From positions 512,001 to 576,000 of the forward strand of contig CAXXQS010000002.1 of the NCBI GenBank assembly GCA_963674735.2: DNA of 64,000 bases, given 5' to 3'. Of the stretch, positions 39,600-47,559 are shown one piece after another (positions within the stretch are counted from its first letter, which is position 1; each line of letters starts with the position of its first letter). Origin of the DNA: Myxococcota bacterium. Its GTDB lineage: Bacteria > Myxococcota_A > SURF-8. Under the pieces are notes generated by a model. The model was not told the DNA's origin. It searched no databases and saw only the letters and a list, made by a program, of their open reading frames with translations. The translations under genes were made by a program, and so were the position numbers.

Positions 39600-40601
39600 T
39601 CAGAGCGACGTTTTCGCCTCATTCGGGGCCACCGCGCGCCCTTCGCGCGCCGACACTTTCAGCGCGTCGAGCACCGCCATATTGGCCACGGCATCGGCGA
39701 TGGGCCAGCGTAGCGGTCGCTTACCGGCGCAGGCCTCCACGAACTCTTGAGCTTCGAGATAATACGGATCGTCCCCCGCAACCGACACGCGCTCGTCCGC
39801 TTCGCCGTGGCGTTGAATACTAATTTGCGCATACTGGTCGCCGGGATGCCAGGGGCTTTTCAAAACCAGCATGCCGCTTTCGCCGTGGATTTCCAGGCGA
39901 TGGCGCTCGGCGCTTTCGATGCTGGTTGTAAAGGTAGCCAAGGTACCGCTCGGAAATTCCAGCAGGCCGACCAGACTGAAATCCACCGGATCCAGCCGGG
40001 CGAAAGCCGACACGCGGCGCGGCTCGGCGCCTTCGATCAGGCGGGACGCATTGACGCAATAACAGCCCACGTCCATCAAAGCCCCACCCCCCAGTTCGGC
40101 GTTGGCCACGATCGTATCGGGCTCGTCGTCCATGAAGGAAAACTCGCTGTGGATGGATTTCACGCGCCCGATGCTGCCCTCGGCGACCAGCTCCTGCAGG
40201 CGTGCGTAAACCGGATGATGCCGGTACATATAGGCTTCCGCCGCCAGACGGCCGCTTTGCTTCGCGGCCTCGGCGATGGTGTGGGCCTCACGCGCATCGA
40301 GAGCCAGCGGCTTTTCGCACAGCACATGCAAACCCGCCTCAAGCGCGCGAATCGTCCACTCGGCATGCAGGCTGTTGGGCAAAGGTAAATAAATCAGGTC
40401 CACCTCGCCCGAGTGCAGCAGATCGTCGTAGGAAGAAAAGGCCAGCGGGATGGCGTAACGCGCCGCCCATTCATCCGCGCGCGCCTGTGTCCGACTGGCG
40501 ACGGCGGCAATCCGACTGCCTGTGCAGCTTTGAATGGCGGGGATCACGGTTTCACTGATGGACGCCGTCCCCAAAATCCCCCAGCGTAAAAGCTCTCGCA
40601 T
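39600..40601 (-). CDS. Gfo/Idh/MocA oxidoreductase
   Basis: WGILGTA, YLPLPNSLH, HVLCEKP and GGGALMDVGCY. Start at ATG 40601 after GGGAG. Confidence 0.92.
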   Translation of the reverse strand: MRELLRWGILGTASISETVIPAIQSCTGSRIAAVASRTQARADEWAARYAIPLAFSSYDDLLHSGEVDLIYLPLPNSLHAEWTIRALEAGLHVLCEKPLALDAREAHTIAEAAKQSGRLAAEAYMYRHHPVYARLQELVAEGSIGRVKSIHSEFSFMDDEPDTIVANAELGGGALMDVGCYCVNASRLIEGAEPRRVSAFARLDPVDFSLVGLLEFPSGTLATFTTSIESAERHRLEIHGESGMLVLKSPWHPGDQYAQISIQRHGEADERVSVAGDDPYYLEAQEFVEACAGKRPLRWPIADAVANMAVLDALKVSAREGRAVAPNEAKTSL

Positions 40602-40759
40602 CGTCGCTCTCCCTTTCAATCGTGGCCTCGCAACCGGTATACCACAAAACAAGGCGACGGTGAATGGATGCGGTAAACTGGAGGGAGAGATGAAGACAAC
40701 CCTGCGGAGCCGGACAGAGCCCTGCTCCTGCTTAAGGTACAACGATATGCTTTGTATAT

Positions 40760-41203
40760 TTATTTCGGTAGTGCGACAATAATCCGTGGATCGAGCTTCT
40801 GTCTGAAAAGATCATCCACCTTCTCAAAGGATTTTTCTAACTCCTTCCATTTTTTTGATTTATCGGCAGAATCGCTAAGAATTGCCGTTCCCATATCATT
40901 TGCAGCATCAAAATACTGGTTAATGATTTTTAGTTCACCGTTCGATTTGCACAAATGCGGTGTCGCCATAGCCAAGCTAAGTCTGAAATCATCCTCTGCT
41001 TGTGTTAATGCCTTCCCGAAGTTTTGTGAACTGGCATTAAACTGATGCAGTCGCCGTCTCCACATCCATGCTGAGGTATAGAGTTTTTCCAGCCGATTGT
41101 ACATGCGGTCCAGCATCAACTGGTAACGAAGAACCAAGATCGAAATTACCAAGGTAAGGACTGCAGCGGCCAGCGCGCCTAATAACCATTCCGGTATTTC
41201 CAT
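40760..41203 (-). CDS. Hypothetical membrane-anchored helical protein (147 aa), AT-rich cargo
   Basis: GAGGGAG..GGGGG RBS before ATG 41203, N-terminal TM helix, and AT-rich codons unlike those of neighbouring host genes. Confidence 0.7.
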   Translation of the reverse strand: MEIPEWLLGALAAAVLTLVISILVLRYQLMLDRMYNRLEKLYTSAWMWRRRLHQFNASSQNFGKALTQAEDDFRLSLAMATPHLCKSNGELKIINQYFDAANDMGTAILSDSADKSKKWKELEKSFEKVDDLFRQKLDPRIIVALPK

Positions 41204-41223
41204 CCCCCTACTCCCTCTTCGTT

Positions 41224-41283
41224 GGAGCAGGGCTCCTGTCCTGCTCCGTTTGTTGTCCTCCAGCAAGGCTCCTGCCTTGCTCA
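41224..41283. repeat. Internal REP-A doublet between the cargo gene and RAYT
   Basis: GGAGCAGG-gctcctgt-CCTGCTCC plus a degenerate AGCAAGG-ctcctg-CCTTGCT. Inverted relative to the outer copies. Confidence 0.8.
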
Positions 41284-41308
41284 AGGCATTCCGCCATCGC
41301 TCCATTCA

Positions 41309-41839
41309 TCATGGCATCATCATGTCGTCAAGCCGCCTCAATGGCAACGGTCCGGATTCACCGGTTTCGTAGGTCAAGGCCGAAGACCAATACCAATCTT
41401 CGGGTTTGCGGACATACTGCTTTTTGACCGGATTATTATGAATGTAGTTCATTTTTTGGAAATAAAACGTTTCCGACACCAACGGTTCAGGCATGTTCGT
41501 CCGTTTCCAGAATTCATATGTCCCGGATTCGGTTCTGAATAGTTGCAATAACCCAGGCTCAGTCTGTTCGATGTTTTTTCTCAGTTCACGAGCCGTGAAG
41601 CTTTTGAAATCTCGCAAAAATCCGCTTACGTCCTGAGATTGGACGATCAAATGCAAATGATTGAGCATGAATACATAGCCATGGATGCTCAAGGCCTTTT
41701 CCTGAACCAGAAAACGCAGACTATCCGCAAGAATCTCCCACCGGTTGTGGCGGTCGAGGATGTAGTACCAGAGTCGGATTGTCGGAGTGACAAAATAATA
41801 TTGATCCTTCTCTTCTTTTGAAATTCGTATCGCTGGCAT
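41309..41839 (-). CDS. REP-associated tyrosine transposase (RAYT; HUH, IS200/IS605 Y1 superfamily)
   Basis: YFVT, GYVFMLNHLHLIV (HUH), RDFKSFT, YIHNNPVK (catalytic Tyr) and W.WSS. Flanked by palindromic REPs, with no tnpB. Confidence 0.92.
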   Translation of the reverse strand: MPAIRISKEEKDQYYFVTPTIRLWYYILDRHNRWEILADSLRFLVQEKALSIHGYVFMLNHLHLIVQSQDVSGFLRDFKSFTARELRKNIEQTEPGLLQLFRTESGTYEFWKRTNMPEPLVSETFYFQKMNYIHNNPVKKQYVRKPEDWYWSSALTYETGESGPLPLRRLDDMMMP

Positions 41840-41933
41840 GATGGAAGTATAACAAAATGAAGTGACAATGCAAAATACATGCTTGAGATGAAGACAACCA
41901 TGCGGAGCAGGACAGAGCCCTGCTCCTGCTTAG

Positions 41934-42050
41934 GGCTTACGGGGTGCCATGGGCCAAGCCTTTGGCTTGCCCATGCTGTTTTCACGGGCAAACCTGACGG
42001 TTTAGCCCGTGCCACCCATCATCAATCGAAAATTATTCGAGACTCAATCA
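41934..42050. repeat. REP-doublet/MITE-like element, family B, copy 2
   Basis: Inverted near-identical copy of 20457-20573. Directly abuts the right 48-bp repeat. Confidence 0.9.
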
Positions 42051-42185
42051 TAATTGTAACGCCCTGGCCTACAACGCATTCGCTTGCGTCCGCGCGCGCC
42101 TTGCAGTACCATGCTGCTCATCTCGATGAGGAGTCCGCTCCCGATTTCCGAAAACAGAACCCGAATCATCACGGCAGGTGACGCG

Positions 42186-43961
42186 ATGCAAAAATCTCTT
42201 CTGGCCACACTCGTCCTGGCGGTCTTTCTTTTCTGCGGCTGCGGAGGCAGCGACAGCGACCCGCTGAACGATCCGGACGGCGATAGCGATTCCTCCGGCG
42301 ACGCCGACGCCCCCACCCCCGATGGCGACGACGATGTGGATGGCGACAGTGAAAACGCGGGCGAAAACGAAAGCTGGGATTACCGCGAAGCCTGGTCCGG
42401 TCCGCAGGAAGCCTGGTCCGCCTGCCCGGAAAGCGAGCTGCTTGGCGGCATGAGCCTCAAAGACAAAGCCGCCTACTACGATTGGATCGTGCCCAAGCTG
42501 CACCAAGTGCCCGCCGACGCCCCCGGCCATGAAGCCTACTCGCGCGTCTTCGGCCTGCGCTGCGATGCGCCGGTTCCCACCAGCATCGTGGCGGATGACC
42601 AGCTGCCGACCTGCGAGCACCGCTTGAGCGAGAACAACGGCCTGTGGACCAGCCTCTACGTCGCCTCCCAGGCCTTCCGCTACGCCGCCACCGGCGAGGC
42701 GGAAGCCTTGACTCAATTGCGCCGCACCCTGAACGGCACCTACCAGATGCTGCTGATCACCGGCAAACCCGGCCTGTATACGCGCGACTTCCGCGACCCC
42801 GGCCTGCCGCAACAATATTGCATCGAAGATGAAGAGCCGTACCTGAGCGCCGCCACCGACAACGAGCGCTACGCCCGTTACGTGCCGCCCGGTAGCGACA
42901 TGAAGGGCAATCAGTTCGTCAAAATCGACACGGACGGCTGTTTCAAAACCTGGGATCCGAGCCTGAACGACGGCGCGGGCGACTGGCTGAAGGACACGGC
43001 CCATTGCACCGACACCCGCTTCGCCGGTTTCTGCTGGCAGATGAACGTCAGCAAGGACGAGCTGGCCGGGCATATGTTCGCGGCGGGCATCGTGGCCAAG
43101 ATCGTGGACGACGCCGAATCCCGCCAAATCGCGCTCGACATCCTGGGGCAGGTGGGCCACCACCTCGTGGATCACAATTTCTGGCTCAACGACTACGACG
43201 GCCGCAACACGCGCTACGGCTCGGCCCATGCGCTGTCGATGGACGAAGTGCCCGGTTCCAACGCCCTGATGGCGCTGGCCTGGATCAAGGAAGCGGCGGT
43301 GGTCACGGGCGACGCCGAGCTGGCGGACGCCTACTACGACTGCCTGCTGCAGATGTCGGGTGAAAACGCCTGCATCGATCAGCTTTTCGAAACCCCCAAA
43401 GACTACCGCGAATACCTGCACAGCATGGGCCTGGCCCTCGGCTGCAGCTCCAACTACGACACCATTTCCATCGCCGTGCTCAACTATTTCAACCTGATCT
43501 GGTTCGAAGAAGATGCAGAGCTGCGCGCCACCTACCGCGATTATTTTCATGCCAACACGCACGGCCCCGACAGCGCCGGACGCGATCTTTGGAACGAGGG
43601 CGACCCCTTCAAGAATTTCATTCTGGTCAGCCGCATGGAAGCGGACGACTACGACTCCGAGGATGCGCGCAAGCTCGTCGGCGACGCAATCTGCTCCCTC
43701 AAACGCTTTCATACCGATCAGATGCGCCGCGCCCAGGACAACTCCGACACCGCCGAATGGTGCCAGTCCCAACGCCACGGCAGCCTGGCCGAGCAGCCCA
43801 TCCCGGTGGAGAAGCGCTGCTCGTCGGTTTTCGAATGGTGGGGCGACCCCAACGAGCGCGAGGTCTGCGCCGAGAATCTGACGGATGTCAGCCCCCCGGC
43901 GGGCTATCTGCTGCCCTACTGGATGGGCCGCTACTTCGGCTACATCGACGCCGAGCTGTAA
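42186..43961 (+). CDS. Hypothetical lipoprotein with DGD linker; possibly a helical-barrel enzyme
   Basis: Lipobox FCGC, PDGD linker, ENNGLWTSLY..SQAFRY, S.DELAGH.F and YLLPYWMGRYFG. Function unknown. Confidence 0.75.
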   Translation: MQKSLLATLVLAVFLFCGCGGSDSDPLNDPDGDSDSSGDADAPTPDGDDDVDGDSENAGENESWDYREAWSGPQEAWSACPESELLGGMSLKDKAAYYDWIVPKLHQVPADAPGHEAYSRVFGLRCDAPVPTSIVADDQLPTCEHRLSENNGLWTSLYVASQAFRYAATGEAEALTQLRRTLNGTYQMLLITGKPGLYTRDFRDPGLPQQYCIEDEEPYLSAATDNERYARYVPPGSDMKGNQFVKIDTDGCFKTWDPSLNDGAGDWLKDTAHCTDTRFAGFCWQMNVSKDELAGHMFAAGIVAKIVDDAESRQIALDILGQVGHHLVDHNFWLNDYDGRNTRYGSAHALSMDEVPGSNALMALAWIKEAAVVTGDAELADAYYDCLLQMSGENACIDQLFETPKDYREYLHSMGLALGCSSNYDTISIAVLNYFNLIWFEEDAELRATYRDYFHANTHGPDSAGRDLWNEGDPFKNFILVSRMEADDYDSEDARKLVGDAICSLKRFHTDQMRRAQDNSDTAEWCQSQRHGSLAEQPIPVEKRCSSVFEWWGDPNEREVCAENLTDVSPPAGYLLPYWMGRYFGYIDAEL

Positions 43962-44494
43962 GCGCGTTCACCCCGGCTCGCGTTGAAATTCAATCGAGGC
44001 CGGGATAATCGAACAGGTCATCCTGCTCACGTAACATATTCTCTTGACGGCTTCCACGCGGTAGTCACGGCCCGGCCACGGCCGCAAACAGACGACCGCA
44101 CAAACCAGCAGCCTGTCCACTTCGCGCCATTTGAGTTGTTCTCGGATGTTTACGTTTGTATTATGAGTCCACCGCTGCTTTTTTGTCAACTCCCGTTTTC
44201 ATTCATTGTCGGCTTTCCATCGATTCTCCAGCCGTTACCCGAACCCGTAAAACACATTCCGTCGCCCGTGCTCAACATATCTATCACACGAGAATTACAC
44301 CGTTATTTTTGTCACATCCGAGAGTCCGGTTCTTGTTTAGGGAATAATATCCGTCCGCAACTTTTCTAAAAGGGGTATCGACGATGAGACTTAAGGACTC
44401 ATTGTCGATAGAACTTCAGAGCGGGCACGCCTATCTGTTCTGGTTCTATATGCCCATTAAAACTCATACGAACATCAAATTCGAGGAGGATCTC

Positions 44495-45964
44495 ATGAAA
44501 ATCTTAACCGGCTTTACCAAATATTGGTTTCTAACCGTCTTTCTGCTAGCCACCCTGATTCTGGCTTCCGGCTGCGGAGATGACGATGACGAGATGTCCG
44601 ATGGCGACACCCCCGACGGCGACACCCCCGACGGCGACGATCCCGATGGCGACGATCCCGACGGCGACGATCCCGACGGCGACGATCCCGATGGCGACGA
44701 GCCTGGTGATACTACTTCCATCCGCGCCCTGCATCTCTCGCCCGACGCCCCGGCGGTGGACATCCTGGTTAACGGCGCCCTGCGTGCGGTAGAAGATCTG
44801 GAATTCCCTGATGGTACCGACTACTTGGACGTCCCTGCGGGCACCTACACCTTTGACATCGTTCCCGCCGATGGCGAAATCGGCGACAGCGTGCTCAACA
44901 TCGCCGATCTGGACCTGATGGCGGACACTTATTACACCGCCGTCGCCTACGACGAGCTCGGCTCCATCAAGGCCCTGGCCCTGGTGGACGACCTGAGTGA
45001 CACCGACATGGGCATGATTCGCGTGCGCGCCATTCATACGGCTGCGGGCGTGGGTCAGGTCGACATCTGGAACATCCCCGAAACGGGCGATCCCGCCATT
45101 ATTTACGAAAATGTCGATTTCGGTGTGGCGGGCGACTATCTCGACCTCCCGGCCGGTGCCTACACCCTGGGTTTCGACGTCGATGACGACGCCACCCCCG
45201 ACCTGGTCTTCGAAACGCCCGACCTGGCCGAAGGCAGCATTCTGAACGTCTTTGCGGTCAACGACGGCACCCAGGTCTTCCTGCTGGCCCAGTTCGCCGA
45301 CGGCACCACCGCCAGCATCAACGCGACGCCCGCACCGGCCAACATCCGCGCCCTGCACCTCTCGCCCGACGCTCCGGCGGTGGACGTATATGTCAACGGC
45401 ACGATAAAGGCCTTCTCCGATTTGAGCTTCGGTGATTTCAGCTCCTTTGCCGAGTTGGATCCGGGCGATTATGATCTGGACATCACGGCCAAAGACGACA
45501 CGGTAGCCAATGCGGTCCTGAGCGTCGATGGCGCCTCGCTGGCGAGTGGCGTCTACTACACCGCCGTCGCCTTCAACGAACTGGCCAGCATCCAACCGCT
45601 GCTTCTCGAAAGCAATTATAGCGATACCGCGATGGGTGAAATCCGCGTGCGCGCCATTCATACGGCCGTGGACGTGGGTCAGGTCGACATCTGGAACATT
45701 CCCGAAACGGGCGATCCCGCCATTATTTACGAAAATGTCGACTTCGGTGTGGCGGGCGGCTATCTCGACCTTCCGGCCGGTGCCTACACCCTGGGCTTTG
45801 ACGTGGATGACGACGCCACCCCCGACCTGATCTTCGAAACGCCCGATCTGGCCGAAGGTACGATTCTGGATATCTTCGCGGTCAGAGACGATAGCGACAA
45901 CGTCTTCCTGTGGGCCGTGCCGATGAGCGGCGATGCCGTGCGCATCGATCCCTCGGCTATCTGA
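44495..45964 (+). CDS. DUF4397-family lipoprotein with an internally duplicated module
   Basis: Lipobox ASGC, PDGD repeats and two IRALHLSPDAPAVD..G modules. GAGGAGG RBS. Confidence 0.88.
   Translation: MKILTGFTKYWFLTVFLLATLILASGCGDDDDEMSDGDTPDGDTPDGDDPDGDDPDGDDPDGDDPDGDEPGDTTSIRALHLSPDAPAVDILVNGALRAVEDLEFPDGTDYLDVPAGTYTFDIVPADGEIGDSVLNIADLDLMADTYYTAVAYDELGSIKALALVDDLSDTDMGMIRVRAIHTAAGVGQVDIWNIPETGDPAIIYENVDFGVAGDYLDLPAGAYTLGFDVDDDATPDLVFETPDLAEGSILNVFAVNDGTQVFLLAQFADGTTASINATPAPANIRALHLSPDAPAVDVYVNGTIKAFSDLSFGDFSSFAELDPGDYDLDITAKDDTVANAVLSVDGASLASGVYYTAVAFNELASIQPLLLESNYSDTAMGEIRVRAIHTAVDVGQVDIWNIPETGDPAIIYENVDFGVAGGYLDLPAGAYTLGFDVDDDATPDLIFETPDLAEGTILDIFAVRDDSDNVFLWAVPMSGDAVRIDPSAI
44597..44701 (+). 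repeat. Coding tandem repeat, 7 x 15 bp ((S/P)DGDx)
   Basis: CCCGAYGGCGAC(ACC/GAT) units. Confidence 0.95.
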
Positions 45965-46180
45965 TTTATCCCGTTCAACTACGTCCATACATGCCCCCCC
46001 GGTTTGGCCGGGGGGGTTCTATTTTGTAGCCCAGCCGCATCGTCAATACGTGCCGAATAGTAATTCCCGAGCAACCCCACCACGGCAAGCTCCGGTTTAC
46101 CCTCCACTTACAGCTTGCTCTCAGCAAACAATTGGTGTAGAAGAGGGCGAGTGAATTCCTACTAATTCTCGGAGGTAAAC

Positions 46181-47446
46181 ATGAAACGAAAACTGTCGTG
46201 CTGTCTTCTGCTGTCGATTTGTGCGTTCTTCGTTCTGACCGGCTGCAACGACGATTCGTCGGAGAGCGACACGGACGGCGATATGGACGCCCAAGCGGAC
46301 GGCGACATGAGTGAAATGGAACAGGTCGAATGCCGCACCGACGACAGTTGTCTGATCCGGCTGTTGGAAGAAAGCAACGTGCGCGAATGCTTCCTCACCA
46401 ACCCGGATGTCGATTGCCTCAGCTACACCCAGGAAGAGCAGGATTACGTTTCTTTCGATGATGGCCGCACCATCAAAACCCTGTGCGAAGAAGAAGCCGA
46501 TCAAACCGCCTGCGACCTGATCCTTTCGGTCGACGGCGAAAAATGCGGCATGATCAAGCTTTTCTCCGACGCGAACGGGGAGGTCACGGAATACCGCTAT
46601 CTGACGTTGGATGACGACGCCACCGAAGAGGATGAAGGCGAAACCTACAGCGTCAAACTCGAAGGGGACAACATTCTCGTGACCTGCGCCGACGAGAGTG
46701 AAGAAAGCTACACGAAAGCCGAGTTCCTCGCCTGCGCGGCCGAAGTTCTGCCGCCCGCCGAGCCGGAATGCGCCACCGCCCGAACCCCGCATATCTATTG
46801 TGCCAGCGTTTCCGACTGCCCCGACGATGATGACCGACCCGTTTGCATCAACAACATCTGCGGAAGTTACGACGAAAACACGGACGGCGATGACCCCGAC
46901 GGTGATACGACCGACGGCGACACAACCGACGGCGATACGACCGACGGCGACACGACCGACGGCGATACCACCGACGGCGACGCGCCCGAGGCCCTTACCT
47001 GGACCGATCCGACAACCGGCTATGTCTGGCAGAAAGCGGATTTCGCTTACGTGCAATGGAACCCGGCCAAAACGCATTGCGACGATCTGGTGCTGGACGG
47101 ACACGACGACTGGCACCTACCCAGTATCGATGAATTGCGCACCCTGATTCGCGGCTGCCCGGCCACCCAGACGGGCGGTAGCTGCAACGTGAAGGACGGC
47201 GACTGCCTGACCGTTTATTGCAAAGACAACAGCTGCGTCGGTTGCGGAGACGGCAACGGACCGGACCCGCAAACCGGCTATTGGCCGGATGAGATGGACG
47301 GCGGCCGCGTTCTCGTCTGGTCATCCACGGCAGAGGTGATACCCGAAAAGCTGGGCCCGTATGCCTGGCTCGTGAATTTCTATTATGGCGCGGTGGATTT
47401 CGGTCACCAAGGACACATCAACTACGCCGTCTGCATGCGCAACTGA
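46181..47446 (+). CDS. Lipoprotein with TDGD repeats and a C-terminal DUF1566 (Lcl-C) domain
   Basis: Lipobox LTGC, and WTDPTTGYVWQ..W..A..HC..L...GHDDWHLPSIDELRTL..WSST..AW.VNF..G..VCMR. Confidence 0.85.
   Translation: MKRKLSCCLLLSICAFFVLTGCNDDSSESDTDGDMDAQADGDMSEMEQVECRTDDSCLIRLLEESNVRECFLTNPDVDCLSYTQEEQDYVSFDDGRTIKTLCEEEADQTACDLILSVDGEKCGMIKLFSDANGEVTEYRYLTLDDDATEEDEGETYSVKLEGDNILVTCADESEESYTKAEFLACAAEVLPPAEPECATARTPHIYCASVSDCPDDDDRPVCINNICGSYDENTDGDDPDGDTTDGDTTDGDTTDGDTTDGDTTDGDAPEALTWTDPTTGYVWQKADFAYVQWNPAKTHCDDLVLDGHDDWHLPSIDELRTLIRGCPATQTGGSCNVKDGDCLTVYCKDNSCVGCGDGNGPDPQTGYWPDEMDGGRVLVWSSTAEVIPEKLGPYAWLVNFYYGAVDFGHQGHINYAVCMRN
46880..46984 (+). repeat. Coding tandem repeat, 7 x 15 bp ((T/P)DGDx)
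   Basis: ACCGACGGCGAYACN units. Confidence 0.95.
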
Positions 47447-47509
47447 CATTTCACGGACGGGGCCCCTCGGCCCGCCGCCAAGCCGCCGAGCTCCGGCACC
47501 CGATACACG

Positions 47510-47537
47510 AAAGCCCCCGGCAAAACCGGGGGCTTTT
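47510..47537. terminator. Bidirectional terminator
   Basis: AAAGCCCCCGG-caaaa-CCGGGGGCTTTT. Confidence 0.8.
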
Positions 47538-47559
47538 ATCGTTTAGAAAGCAACGCAGG

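Larger units (their letters stand above)
40687..41932. mobile_element. RAYT/REP unit (REPtron-like) with a cargo gene, bounded by 48-bp direct repeats
   Basis: 40687-40734 and 41885-41932 are 46/48 identical and each contains a GGAGC(A/C)GG-acagagc-CCTGCTCC hairpin. Inverted REPs lie inside at 41224-41283. The interior is AT-richer than the flanks. Confidence 0.8.

Noticed and set aside
41309-41839. IS200/IS605 element with TnpB
   Set aside because: No tnpB is present. The protein motifs (YIHNNPV, W.WSS) and multiple flanking REPs fit RAYT better.
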